Positions 28,117 through 38,584 of a DNA stretch of 64,000 nt are shown piece after piece. The notes below the pieces were generated by a model, which made no database searches, was not told where the DNA came from, and saw only the letters and a list, made by a program, of their open reading frames with translations. Numbering within the stretch: the first letter of the stretch is position 1; each line of letters begins with the position of its first letter. The stretch spans positions 23,998 to 87,997 of the forward strand of contig JBAWZB010000004.1 in NCBI GenBank assembly GCA_037143275.1, written 5' to 3'. The stretch comes from Chitinophagia bacterium. GTDB taxonomy: Bacteria > Bacteroidota > Bacteroidia > Chitinophagales > Chitinophagaceae. The position numbers and the translations under genes are program-made.

Positions 28117-29205
28117 ATGAAACAAGACATCAGAAAACCAATTATAGGCTTTACATGCGGAGATTTAAACGGGGTTGGACTTGAATTAATCATCAAATCT
28201 TTATCTGATAGCCGACTGCTTGAATTTATGGTACCGGTTATTTTTGCAAATCATAAAGCAATCAATTTTTACAGCAAGGGCATCCCCGATTTTCAAATGC
28301 AATTTTCAACCGCACCAGATCTTGATAAGTTGAATCCAAAACAAGTCAACTTGATTCAATGTTGGGAGGAAGAAGCCTTAATCCAACCGGGTGAACTAAC
28401 AGAAATTGGTGGAAAATATGCCTTGATTTCTTTAGAAAAAGCAGTTGCTGCATTAAAGAATTATAAAATTGATGGCTTAGTGACTGCACCCATTCATAAA
28501 AAGAATATCCAATCTCCTAACTTTAATTTTAGCGGACATACCCCTTATCTGCAACATGCATTTGGGAATGTAGAAAATCTAATGTTATTGGTTGCTGAAA
28601 ACTTGAGAATGGCATTGGTCACAGAGCACCTCACCATTCAGGATATTGCCCAACATATTACCAAGGATAAGATCAAACAAAAATTACAAATTCTACATAG
28701 AAGTTTACAAAAAGATTTTGGCGTAGACAAACCACGTATTGCTGTATTGGCATTAAACCCACACGCAGGTGATGATGGATTAATTGGTAAAGAGGAAATT
28801 GAAATCATCAAACCAGCAATTAAAGAAGCAAAGCAACAGATGTTGGTTTACGGACCTTATTCTGCTGATGCATTTTTCGCAAGAGGACAACACGAAAAAT
28901 TTGATGCCGTCTTGGCGATGTACCACGACCAAGGTATGATTCCTTTTAAGTCTTTAGCTTTTGGAGAAGGCGTGAATTTCACGGCTGGATTACCTATTGT
29001 TAGAACAAGTCCAGACCATGGAACTGCTTTTGATATTGCAGGAAAAGATAAGGCAGATGCTAGTTCATTTACAGCTAGTATATTTGAATGTATTCGGATC
29101 ATTCATGCTAGACAAGGCTATCGCGATATGCGTTTGAATCCTTTGAAAAAAGTAAGCCATAAGATGTTTGCAGGTGCAGTAGATGAGCGTTTAGATGAAA
29201 ATTAA
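28117..29205 (+). CDS. pdxA: 4-hydroxythreonine-4-phosphate dehydrogenase family
   Basis: GHT, LNPHAGD, AMYHDQG and RTSPDHGTAFDIAG. Start ATG 28117 (track 28084). Confidence 0.92.
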   Translation: MKQDIRKPIIGFTCGDLNGVGLELIIKSLSDSRLLEFMVPVIFANHKAINFYSKGIPDFQMQFSTAPDLDKLNPKQVNLIQCWEEEALIQPGELTEIGGKYALISLEKAVAALKNYKIDGLVTAPIHKKNIQSPNFNFSGHTPYLQHAFGNVENLMLLVAENLRMALVTEHLTIQDIAQHITKDKIKQKLQILHRSLQKDFGVDKPRIAVLALNPHAGDDGLIGKEEIEIIKPAIKEAKQQMLVYGPYSADAFFARGQHEKFDAVLAMYHDQGMIPFKSLAFGEGVNFTAGLPIVRTSPDHGTAFDIAGKDKADASSFTASIFECIRIIHARQGYRDMRLNPLKKVSHKMFAGAVDERLDEN

Positions 29206-29215
29206 TCCTATTGTT

Positions 29216-29842
29216 TTAAAAAGGACAAGCTTTTTTTAATTGTACTAAGGATTGAAGACCCCAAGATGGATGAATAGAGGAAACTAAATTTTGGGCATTC
29301 ATACAATGTTCAGCTTGTTGAATCAATGGCCTGGTTGCCTTACAACCACCTCCAAATATAAATGGTATTTTCTGTTGAATATTGGCTTCCAAAATATAAG
29401 CCCTTGGATTATTTGGATTCAACTTTTTGGCCAACCTTAAGGCGTTTTTAATTTTACTTTCATAGGTAAACCACCTCAATGTGGGATTCACAGACATCTT
29501 TGCAGTATAGGCCAAACTTTCTGCGCAATAGATTTCGTCATTCTGTACAATGGATTTCGCTCTACCTACCCATAATAAAGCATCATTGGCTAGCGCATCT
29601 CTATCTCCCATTTTCAAAAGACACATGATTGATTTAGTCATTCCAGCATAATAAGGAATCAACCAATTGGTTTTATTAACAGTATAAAGCTGCTCAAATT
29701 GTAAATACAATTCTTGATACGCAGGACTTTTGCTTGTCTGATTAAATTGCATGACAGCATTCTCCAATACTTTAGATTGATTGGTTACCTGTGCTTGAAC
29801 TGGTGACTGTAATAGAAGTAAAAGAAAAATTAAGTTACGCAT
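29216..29842 (-). CDS. exported helical (TPR-like) hypothetical protein
   Basis: Signal-like MRNLIFLLLLLQSPVQAQ; WLIPYYAG and NPNNPRAY. Start ATG 29842 (track 29875). Confidence 0.65.
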   Translation of the reverse strand: MRNLIFLLLLLQSPVQAQVTNQSKVLENAVMQFNQTSKSPAYQELYLQFEQLYTVNKTNWLIPYYAGMTKSIMCLLKMGDRDALANDALLWVGRAKSIVQNDEIYCAESLAYTAKMSVNPTLRWFTYESKIKNALRLAKKLNPNNPRAYILEANIQQKIPFIFGGGCKATRPLIQQAEHCMNAQNLVSSIHPSWGLQSLVQLKKACPF

Positions 29843-29852
29843 CCTACACAAT

Positions 29853-30539
29853 TTAAAACATGGAATTGGAAACACCTTGATTAATCACATAATTGGCATA
29901 GGTAATTTCGATGGTGCCTTTTTTTTGTCTTAAAGCCTTTTGTTTTGCTGCAGGATCCTCATCTCCAAATTCTAATGTAATTCCGTTAGGCAATTTATAA
30001 TCCTTGGTATTGAAACCAAAAATAAGCTTACTTGGGAGGCCATAATTGGCATACTGTCCATATTCCATAGTAATCTCGTAGGTGCCGTTTTCTTTGGTAG
30101 TAGTAAAAGTCTTATACACTAAAGCATCCACAGGATCAATCCATAGTGTTGAGATGACCCAATCCAATTTTTCATCGGTTGGGATTAGTTTAATCGCCTG
30201 CAATTGTTTGCCTTTAAAAATTTGTATACCCGATTCAATGGCGATATATTGTTTGTTATTTAATAAGGAATTGATGGTCACCGAAACTCCACCTTTAGGA
30301 AGCAATGAGATACCCCCTTCTTTTTTAACTTTTAATAAATTTGGTTTCTTAAAGTATATTTTGACTTTGCCCAATGATGCTTTAATAAAAGCCACATCGG
30401 TCTTCATCACCCCTGTTGCCACATAGTCATTGACAAGATTCAATTTCTTAGTCACTCTTTCAATCAATGGATTGGATTGCGCAAAGGTGGATACCTGAAA
30501 AAGTACTATGCCCACAATAAGTAAACTCAATTTTTTCAT
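29853..30539 (-). CDS. exported beta-rich protein, LolA-like fold (tentative)
   Basis: Signal peptide MKKLSLL...TFAQ and alternating beta-strand patterns (IYFKKPNLLKV, LWIDP). The fold assignment is inferred. Confidence 0.5.
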   Translation of the reverse strand: MKKLSLLIVGIVLFQVSTFAQSNPLIERVTKKLNLVNDYVATGVMKTDVAFIKASLGKVKIYFKKPNLLKVKKEGGISLLPKGGVSVTINSLLNNKQYIAIESGIQIFKGKQLQAIKLIPTDEKLDWVISTLWIDPVDALVYKTFTTTKENGTYEITMEYGQYANYGLPSKLIFGFNTKDYKLPNGITLEFGDEDPAAKQKALRQKKGTIEITYANYVINQGVSNSMF

Positions 30540-30573
30540 ACCGAACAAATTATATTTTTAATGCAAGCTTTTT

Positions 30574-31449
30574 TTAGCTTAATATATCTTTCCTTTTCAT
30601 GATCCAAATAGAAGCCCCAACAAACAATCCAATATGAATGGTCAAAATTAAAATTGAATTTTTAATTTTTGCTACATTTAATATACTACCGGTGATTGCA
30701 TCATTTGAATCATTTACCTGTATATCAAAAAACTCTTTCCAGTTATTCATATGCGTGGTAAACAAATATGGCTTCACCACATTGAACAAGGGGATATTTA
30801 AGGTGCTTAATATTGTGAAGAAAACAATCGCACTGATGGTTGCAACAATTGGTCCTATGGAGTTATTGGCTAAACTCGACATCAAAAATCCTAAAGCTGC
30901 AACTGTTAATAACGAAAAACTTGCAAAAACAAATGCACCTAGATATCTCCAAAAAACATCTTGTTCTTGAATCAAGACCACATAATTCGATTTCATGAGG
31001 AATAAATCATCGGTGCCAAAAATCCACATACTTAGAAATAGTGCAAGAAAAGCCAACCAAATCAATAACAAAATGGTATAGATACTTGCTGCCACAAATT
31101 TTGCTAAGACCCATTGTGTTCTACTATACGGCGTTGTAAACAATAATCTCAAAGTCCCTAAATTCGCTTCTCCAGAAAGCATATCTGCCGCGATTAAAGC
31201 GACTAATAAAGGCACGTGAACCAGTAATAATTGTAATAAAATATAACAAATCAAATAGCCATTTAAAACTTTACCATCCACCGTTAAGGTATTGTTGATG
31301 TCCTTCATCAAAAAGGCTGCATAAGCTTCTCCGTCTATTTTTAAACCCATTTGTATCACCAAGATCAATGCAGCAATCGCTCCAAAAGCAATATAGGTTC
31401 TAGGCCTTTTATAGATTTTAAAAAGTTCAATTTGAATAATGGGCCACAT
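30574..31449 (-). CDS. ABC-2-type transporter permease
   Basis: ELFKIYKR, GEANLGTLRLLFTTPYSR and about 6 TM segments. Confidence 0.85.
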   Translation of the reverse strand: MWPIIQIELFKIYKRPRTYIAFGAIAALILVIQMGLKIDGEAYAAFLMKDINNTLTVDGKVLNGYLICYILLQLLLVHVPLLVALIAADMLSGEANLGTLRLLFTTPYSRTQWVLAKFVAASIYTILLLIWLAFLALFLSMWIFGTDDLFLMKSNYVVLIQEQDVFWRYLGAFVFASFSLLTVAALGFLMSSLANNSIGPIVATISAIVFFTILSTLNIPLFNVVKPYLFTTHMNNWKEFFDIQVNDSNDAITGSILNVAKIKNSILILTIHIGLFVGASIWIMKRKDILS

Positions 31450-31450
31450 A

Positions 31451-32356
31451 TTAATAAGTTGAGGTAAGTTGTAAAAAATAATCTTCCAATGAATTTTTAG
31501 CTTCTAATGAAAGCAGCTCAATTTTAGAAGCCACTAAAAAAGTATTCAATGCAGGGATCTCTAATTGAGGAATACTCAAATAAATTCCCTCACTACGTTC
31601 TAACAGATTCGTTTGATAGACAGATGCCATTAGTATTTGTTTTGCCCCCAAGTCATCTAAAGTTTTGATTTGAACAATAGTTTTGTTTGGATCCAATAAA
31701 CTAGATGTAGGTCCTTCTGCCATTTTTTTACCTTGATGAATAATTAGAATATGACTTGCAATCTGTTCAATTTCTGAAAGTAAATGCGAAGAGACCAAAA
31801 CTGTTTTACCTTCCTCTTTTGAAAGTGATTTAATCAATTGTCGAATGTCTGCAATGCCTTGAGGATCTAATCCATTAGTAGGCTCATCTAAAATGACCAA
31901 TTTAGGATCATGCAATAATGCAATACCAATCCCTAATCTTTGTTTCATCCCCAAGGAATAGGTCTGTACTTTATCATTGGCCCTTGCAAGCAATCCTATT
32001 TGTGCTAAAGTGGCTTCTATTTTAGATGAATTGATTTTTTGCTTTCTTAATTTTGCAAATAGTGTTAAATGTTCCTGCGCAGTTAAATAAGGATATAAAT
32101 CTGGACGTTCAATGACGGCGCCAATTTGCTCTAAGATAGCGGATCGATGGTCTGTTAAAGATTGGCCAAAAATTTCAATATGCCCTTCTGAGGGATGGAT
32201 AAGTGAAAGTAACATCCGAATGGTGGTACTTTTTCCAGATCCATTTTGGCCTAAAAAACCATATACTTGACCTGCTTCTACTTCAAAAGAAAGCTGGTCT
32301 ACCGCCTTTAAGGCGCCAAAGTTTTTACTTAATGCTTGTACTTTAATGACTGACAT
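31451..32356 (-). CDS. ABC transporter ATP-binding protein (BcrA-like)
   Basis: GQNGSGKST, YSLGMKQR, LDEPTNGLDP and SSH. Confidence 0.92.
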   Translation of the reverse strand: MSVIKVQALSKNFGALKAVDQLSFEVEAGQVYGFLGQNGSGKSTTIRMLLSLIHPSEGHIEIFGQSLTDHRSAILEQIGAVIERPDLYPYLTAQEHLTLFAKLRKQKINSSKIEATLAQIGLLARANDKVQTYSLGMKQRLGIGIALLHDPKLVILDEPTNGLDPQGIADIRQLIKSLSKEEGKTVLVSSHLLSEIEQIASHILIIHQGKKMAEGPTSSLLDPNKTIVQIKTLDDLGAKQILMASVYQTNLLERSEGIYLSIPQLEIPALNTFLVASKIELLSLEAKNSLEDYFLQLTSTY

Positions 32357-32408
32357 AATACTATAACAATCAATAGAATGATTTGTTGCGAATCCCCCCT
32401 TTATTCAT

Positions 32409-32437
32409 AAAAAAACCCCGAATCTTCGGGGTTTTTT
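32409..32437 (-). terminator. intrinsic terminator after atpA (A/T tracts on both sides)
   Basis: AAAAAAACCCCGAA-TC-TTCGGGGTTTTTT. Confidence 0.9.
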
Positions 32438-32453
32438 ATAGTCAAGTATTATC

Positions 32454-34031
32454 TTATTTGTACTGAGGAATTAAGCTATTTGCTAATTCAACCATTTGCT
32501 TTAATCCATCTTCAGGTAAATTACCTTTTTTGAATTCAGCCAATACATTTGGTAATTTATTCGACATCTCTAACATAAAATGTGTTTCAAAATCTTTCAC
32601 GTTTTTAACCGCTACTTCTTTCAGCAAACCTTGAGTACCTAAGTAGATAATCGCTACTTGTTTTTCTACCGTAAACGGTGTGTACTGCGCTTGCTTCAAG
32701 ATCTCTACGTTTCTTGCCCCTTTGTCAATTACGTTTTTAGTTGCTGGATCTAAGTCACCACCAAATTTAGAGAAGGCTTCTAACTCTCTGTATAAAGCCT
32801 GGTCTAATTTTAATGTACCAGATACTTTTTTCATTGATTTGATCTGCGCGTTACCACCCACACGGCTTACAGAAATACCTACGTTAATTGCTGGACGAAT
32901 ACCTGCGTTGAACAAGTTACCTTCTAAGAAGATCTGACCGTCTGTGATTGAGATCACGTTGGTTGGGATATAGGCAGATACGTCACCTGCTTGAGTTTCA
33001 ATAATTGGCAATGCTGTCAATGAACCACCACCTTTTACCAAATGCTTGATAGAAGCTGGCAAGTCGTTCATGTTCTTAGCAATCTCATCGTTGGCAATTA
33101 CTTTTGCAGCACGCTCTAATAAACGACTATGCAAGTAGAATACGTCACCTGGATAAGCCTCACGGCCTGGTGGACGACGTAATAATAAAGATACTTCACG
33201 ATATGCTACTGCTTGCTTAGATAAGTCATCAAATACAATCAATGCTGGTTTACCACAATCACGGAAGAACTCACCAACTGCTGCACCCGCAAATGGCGCG
33301 TAGAATTGTTGAGGTGCTGGATCAGCAGCAGATGCCGCAACGATAATGGTATAAGCCATTGCACCGTTCTCTTCTAAAGTCTTCATTACACCTGCAATGG
33401 TAGATGCTTTTTGACCAATCGCAACATAGATACAATATACTGGTTCACCAGCATCATAAAATTCTTTTTGATTGATAATGGTATCCACACAAATTGCAGT
33501 CTTACCAGTTTGACGGTCACCAATAACTAGTTCACGTTGACCACGACCAATTGGAATCATTGCGTCAATCGCTTTGATACCAGTTTGCAATGGCTCTTTT
33601 ACAGGCTCACGGAAAATTACCCCTGGTGCTTTACGCTCCAATGGCATCTCATACAATTCACCTTTAATTGGACCCTTGCCATCAATTGGCTCACCCAACA
33701 TATTGATTACACGACCTACTAAACCATCTCCTACTTTAATAGAAGCGATTTGACCAGTACGCTTTACTTTATCACCTTCTTTGATTTGCTTGCTATCACC
33801 CATCATTACCACACCCACATTGTCTTCCTCTAGGTTCAACGCAATGGCTTTGATGCCATTTTCAAATTCAACCAACTCACCACTACTTACACCGTTCAAA
33901 CCATATACACGGGCAATACCATCACCAACTTGTAGTACAGTTCCTGCTTCTTCTAAATCAGCAGAAGCATTAAAATTGCTTAATTGCTGTCTAAGAATTG
34001 CAGATATTTCATCAGGTTTAATGTCCACCAT
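32454..34031 (-). CDS. atpA: ATP synthase F1 alpha subunit
   Basis: [29 protein letters not shown] and [14 protein letters not shown]. Confidence 0.98.
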   Translation of the reverse strand: MVDIKPDEISAILRQQLSNFNASADLEEAGTVLQVGDGIARVYGLNGVSSGELVEFENGIKAIALNLEEDNVGVVMMGDSKQIKEGDKVKRTGQIASIKVGDGLVGRVINMLGEPIDGKGPIKGELYEMPLERKAPGVIFREPVKEPLQTGIKAIDAMIPIGRGQRELVIGDRQTGKTAICVDTIINQKEFYDAGEPVYCIYVAIGQKASTIAGVMKTLEENGAMAYTIIVAASAADPAPQQFYAPFAGAAVGEFFRDCGKPALIVFDDLSKQAVAYREVSLLLRRPPGREAYPGDVFYLHSRLLERAAKVIANDEIAKNMNDLPASIKHLVKGGGSLTALPIIETQAGDVSAYIPTNVISITDGQIFLEGNLFNAGIRPAINVGISVSRVGGNAQIKSMKKVSGTLKLDQALYRELEAFSKFGGDLDPATKNVIDKGARNVEILKQAQYTPFTVEKQVAIIYLGTQGLLKEVAVKNVKDFETHFMLEMSNKLPNVLAEFKKGNLPEDGLKQMVELANSLIPQYK

Positions 34032-34060
34032 AAATACTTATTTAATGTATGATTGTTATG

Positions 34061-34624
34061 TTAATTTAATTTTGATACAAATTCGTTAGATAAAAATTGT
34101 TTCTTGATATCTAATAAATCTCTTTTAATACTTGCGTCAATTAGGTTGTTATCGAATGACAATACAAAACCGCCAATTAAATCTTCGTTGGTATGTGTTG
34201 TTAATTCAATGGTTTTGAATTGAGTTTCTGCTTTAATTTTTGCTTCAATGGTTTGCTTTAAACTGTCGCTAATTGCTACAGCAGTTGTCAAACTCACTTG
34301 ATGAATTCCTTTTAATGCATTGTATTGTTCAATGAATGCAGAAGCAATTTCTGGCAAAGCGCTCTCTCTGCTTTTCTTCACCAATAAAACAACAAAAGAC
34401 AAAGACAATGCGCTCACTACATCTTTAATGACAGCAAGTACAATCGCATTTTTCTGATCCGCTTTAATGATTGGGCTTCTTAACACATTTACAAAATCAT
34501 GGCTTTGTGCACAAACTGCCTGAAAATATTTCATATCAGCATGTACTGCATCCAATTGATTTTGTTCAATGGCTAAGTCGAGTAAGCTCTTTGCGTATCT
34601 TCCTGCTAAACGTACGTTGGGCAT
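34061..34624 (-). CDS. atpH: ATP synthase F1 delta subunit
   Basis: AGRYAKSL and LIGGFVL...DASIK; operon position. Confidence 0.93.
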   Translation of the reverse strand: MPNVRLAGRYAKSLLDLAIEQNQLDAVHADMKYFQAVCAQSHDFVNVLRSPIIKADQKNAIVLAVIKDVVSALSLSFVVLLVKKSRESALPEIASAFIEQYNALKGIHQVSLTTAVAISDSLKQTIEAKIKAETQFKTIELTTHTNEDLIGGFVLSFDNNLIDASIKRDLLDIKKQFLSNEFVSKLN

Positions 34625-34634
34625 TTCTTACTTT

Positions 34635-35147
34635 TTAATTTAACTTAACTCCTTCGGCAAGTTGTTGAATATAGCTTTCTTGTTCTGCTTTATTAGACAA
34701 CTCTTTTCTTAATATTTTCTCTGCAACTTCTACCACCAAACTACCCACTTGATTTTTAACTTCAGTTAAAGCAGCATTTTTTTGTTGGGTAATCGCTAAT
34801 TGTGCGTCACTGATAATGCGCTCGTATTCCTGCTTCGCTTTATCTTTTGCATCGGTCACCATTTTATCGGCTGTCTCTTTTGCATCTTTAATCATGCCAG
34901 CTCTTTCTTCACGTGCTTTAGCCAACAATGCTTCATTTTCATTTTGCATTGCAGCGATTTCTGCCTTCATCTTATCGGCACGTAATAATGCTTCTTCGAT
35001 GCCGCTTTCACGCTCAGCAATTGCTTTCAACATTGGCTTCCAAGCAAACTTGCCTAGCACAATCAAAAGCACTAAAAACGCAATGGTGTTCCAAAATACC
35101 AAACCGATATCTGGTAACACAAGAGGATTTACTTCTAATAAAAACAT
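34635..35147 (-). CDS. atpF: ATP synthase F0 subunit b
   Basis: N-terminal TM segment (KFAWKP) followed by a long coiled coil. Confidence 0.94.
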   Translation of the reverse strand: MFLLEVNPLVLPDIGLVFWNTIAFLVLLIVLGKFAWKPMLKAIAERESGIEEALLRADKMKAEIAAMQNENEALLAKAREERAGMIKDAKETADKMVTDAKDKAKQEYERIISDAQLAITQQKNAALTEVKNQVGSLVVEVAEKILRKELSNKAEQESYIQQLAEGVKLN

Positions 35148-35179
35148 ACTATTCGTTTATCTTAATGAATGAATCTAAT

Positions 35180-35216
35180 AAAAAATAGGCCTTTCGCCCT
35201 GTGCTAGGGCCTATTT
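35180..35216 (-). terminator. hairpin with T tract between atpE and atpF
   Basis: Minus strand AAATAGGCC-16 nt-GGCCTATTT followed by TTT. Confidence 0.55.
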
Positions 35217-35242
35217 AGTTCTTTAAAGAAATCTTTAACAGA

Positions 35243-35473
<231 letters not shown>

Positions 35474-35499
35474 TTATTGAAAAAAGATTTAAATCAATT

Positions 35500-36606
35500 T
35501 TAATGATGTGCTATATTTTTATGTCCTTCATGCTCATGGGCTTCATGATGGTGTTCTTCTGTTGCCATACCAATATACATAGCACTCAACATAGTGAAGA
35601 TATAGGCTTGTAAAAAAGCCACCAACAATTCAATCATTCCAATGAACACAGCAAATGGCACTGCAATAGCAGAAGCATACACTGTTTTGAATATAAAAAT
35701 TAAACAAATCAAACTTAATACTAGAATATGCCCTGCAGTAATATTCGCGAACAAACGAATCATTAAAGAGATAGGCTTAGTGAACACCCCAATTAACTCA
35801 ATGGGTGCTAAGAACAATTTCATACTCCAATGCATGCCTGGCATCCAAAAAATGTGTTCCCAATAATTTTTATTCGCACTTAAATTAACCACTACAAAAA
35901 CACATACAGCGAGTGTCATTGTGAATGCAATATTACCACTTACGTTCGCACCGCCTGGGAAAAATGGAATCAACCCTAAAAAATTATTCGTTAAAACCAA
36001 AAAGAAGATGGTTAATAAAAAAGGCATGTATTTAGCAAATTTCTTTTTGCCAATATTTGGGATGGCAACTTCATCTCTTACAAATAGAACAATTGGCTCC
36101 ATGAAAGATTGAACCCCTTTTGGAGCAGATGTTACGCCTGTTTTTTTGTACGCACCAGCTGCTGTTAAAAGCACCACTAAAAGAATCAATACGGAAACAA
36201 ATAATGAGGCTACGTTTTTGGTGATAGAAAAATCCCAAAGTGTTTTAGATGCTGCTTCATCAATGGCTTCAGCTGCATCTACAATCTTCACTTTACCTTC
36301 AATAATTTTATAATCATAATTACCCTTATATACAATTTGCTCATGGTGTTCATTCAAGAACTTTGCAGATGAGAAAACTTCAAAACCTTTTGGCGTATGT
36401 AAAATAACTGGCAAAGAAACAGAAGTATGTCCCCATAAATGCCAACTATGATCATCTTTAATGTGATCTAATATGGTCTCAGTCACATTGAATGCTTTTG
36501 CTTCATGTTCTTGCGCTTTTTCATTGGCGAATACATTGCCAGAAAATGCCAACATAAACAAGCTCAAACACAATACCAGTAAAGATTTAATTCGTAAAGA
36601 TGCCAT
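35500..36606 (-). CDS. atpB: ATP synthase F0 subunit a with N-terminal extension and His-rich tail
   Basis: RLFANITAGH and LQAYIFTMLSAMYIG; TATCTTTG box at 36634-36627. Confidence 0.96.
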   Translation of the reverse strand: MASLRIKSLLVLCLSLFMLAFSGNVFANEKAQEHEAKAFNVTETILDHIKDDHSWHLWGHTSVSLPVILHTPKGFEVFSSAKFLNEHHEQIVYKGNYDYKIIEGKVKIVDAAEAIDEAASKTLWDFSITKNVASLFVSVLILLVVLLTAAGAYKKTGVTSAPKGVQSFMEPIVLFVRDEVAIPNIGKKKFAKYMPFLLTIFFLVLTNNFLGLIPFFPGGANVSGNIAFTMTLAVCVFVVVNLSANKNYWEHIFWMPGMHWSMKLFLAPIELIGVFTKPISLMIRLFANITAGHILVLSLICLIFIFKTVYASAIAVPFAVFIGMIELLVAFLQAYIFTMLSAMYIGMATEEHHHEAHEHEGHKNIAHH

Positions 36607-36735
36607 AGTGATCTCAAAATTTGCGGCAAAGATAGGGATAATGCTGCTGAAAATTCATAATATTTAACAGAAATATAGCATGAAAAAAAATGTTTATCAA
36701 TCTTTTAAACAATTGATTTTCAGACATTTAAAAAA

Positions 36736-38541
36736 TTAAGCACTCTTTTTAGGATCAAATTGCATTTCGTTTAGGGCCTTGTAAAAACCGCCCTGCTCCA
36801 TTAAGGATTGATGTGTCCCTTTTTCTATGATTTTTCCTTGCTCCAATACTAGGATCTGGTCGGCCTTTCGGATAGTAGATAACCGATGTGCAATAACGAT
36901 GGATGTTCTTCCCTGAATCAAGGTTTCAATTGCTTTTTCAATGAGTTGTTCGCTTTCTGTGTCAATAGAAGAAGTGGCTTCGTCCAAGATTAAAATACTC
37001 GGATTGTATAATAGTGCTCGAATAAAACTCAAGAGTTGTCTTTGTCCCAAACTCAATGTGGCACCACGTTCCATGACATGGTATTGATATCCTCCTGGTA
37101 GTTGCATAATAAAATCGTGCATACCAATCATCTTCGCTGCTTCCTCCACTTGATCGGGACGAATGGATGGATTGCGAAGTGTGATATTGTCATACACTGA
37201 ACCAGAAAATAAAAATACATCTTGTAAAACAACGCCTATGGATGCCCTTAAACGGTCTAATGCATAGTCTTCTATTAAGACACCGTCTAAAAGTATCTGG
37301 CCGCCTTGATATGGATATAGGCGATTCAAAATACTAATGATAGAGGTTTTTCCACTTCCAGTTGGTCCTACCAAGGCCACGGTTTCTCCAGCAGCTACGG
37401 TAAAATTTAATTCATTTAAAATCCAGTTGGGTGCATCGTATGCAAATTGCACTTGCTTAAATTCAATCGCACCTTGAATTTGAGTGGGTGCATATTGACC
37501 TTGATTGACAGTGACATCTTCGTTATCTAAAATCTTAAAAACACGTTCAGCAGCCACCATCCCCATTTGCAAGACATTGAATTTATCAGCAATCATACGA
37601 AGCGGTCTAAAAATTTGATTTAAGAATAAAATGAATGCCACCAACATACCTGCATCTAAACTTTGTCCTGCTACCCACCAAACAATTAAGCCAATACTTA
37701 AAGCTAATACAACCTCTACGACTGGAAAAAATACGGAGTAAGCAAAAATGGCTTGAATATTTGAAGTTTTATGGTGTTCATTGATGGCATCAAATTTTTT
37801 CAACTCTTTCTCCTCTGCAGCAAAAGCTTGTACTACTTGCATTCCAGAAATATGTTCTTGTACAAATGCATTGAGTGCTGCCACAGCATTCCGCACCTGA
37901 ACAAAACTTTTATTCACACTTTCTTTGAAAAAATAAGTGGCCACAATCATAATAGGAAATGGAATTAAACAAACTAGAGTTAGCTTCCAATTGATAAAAA
38001 ACATGGTGGTTAAAGTCACTACAATCGTTAACATATCTGCAATGATGGGAATCAATCCGTCGGAAAAAATATCATTGATACTTTCAATGTCATTGATCGT
38101 TCTTGTGGTTAACGTACCAATAGGTGTTTTATCAAATTGACGCATTTCCCAAAACATGATTTTTTGGTACACTTTGTTCCTTAAATCTCTAATGACTTGT
38201 TGACCTAGCCAAGACATGCCATAGGTAAAACAAAAACGAAATGCCGTTTCAAGGATGATAAACGCCACCTGAAAAAGTGAAATCGCTAAAATTAATTGAA
38301 GTACTGAATTAAAAGCTTCAACTGGCAAAACCCAATGCACCCATTGTGGTAATTGCACTTGTTTGCCAATTGCCAAATTCACAGTTGCTTGAATCAAATA
38401 AGGTCGAACTGGTGTAAAAAATGCTAAAAAGATACCCAAAAAGACATTGATCCAAAAAATAAATCGATAAGGTCCAACAAAAGAAAATACCCTACTTAAA
38501 ATTGCGGATTTGAATATGGGTTTAGACTGGGTAGATGACAT
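36736..38541 (-). CDS. ABC transporter fused permease/ATPase (MsbA/multidrug-like)
   Basis: TM domain plus GPTGSGKT, LSLGQRQ, LDEATSS and AHRLST. Confidence 0.92.
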   Translation of the reverse strand: MSSTQSKPIFKSAILSRVFSFVGPYRFIFWINVFLGIFLAFFTPVRPYLIQATVNLAIGKQVQLPQWVHWVLPVEAFNSVLQLILAISLFQVAFIILETAFRFCFTYGMSWLGQQVIRDLRNKVYQKIMFWEMRQFDKTPIGTLTTRTINDIESINDIFSDGLIPIIADMLTIVVTLTTMFFINWKLTLVCLIPFPIMIVATYFFKESVNKSFVQVRNAVAALNAFVQEHISGMQVVQAFAAEEKELKKFDAINEHHKTSNIQAIFAYSVFFPVVEVVLALSIGLIVWWVAGQSLDAGMLVAFILFLNQIFRPLRMIADKFNVLQMGMVAAERVFKILDNEDVTVNQGQYAPTQIQGAIEFKQVQFAYDAPNWILNELNFTVAAGETVALVGPTGSGKTSIISILNRLYPYQGGQILLDGVLIEDYALDRLRASIGVVLQDVFLFSGSVYDNITLRNPSIRPDQVEEAAKMIGMHDFIMQLPGGYQYHVMERGATLSLGQRQLLSFIRALLYNPSILILDEATSSIDTESEQLIEKAIETLIQGRTSIVIAHRLSTIRKADQILVLEQGKIIEKGTHQSLMEQGGFYKALNEMQFDPKKSA

Positions 38542-38584
38542 AGCGAGGTAAAGTTACACCGCTTTTACGTAATTTCGTATAAGC

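Noticed and set aside
32385-32400. GTTGCGAATCCCC resembling a tRNA T-arm; also GGACCCTAGCTCAG near 52911-52924 resembling a tRNA 5' end
   Set aside because: No cloverleaf, anticodon arm or matching acceptor stem can be built around either; they are likely chance matches.
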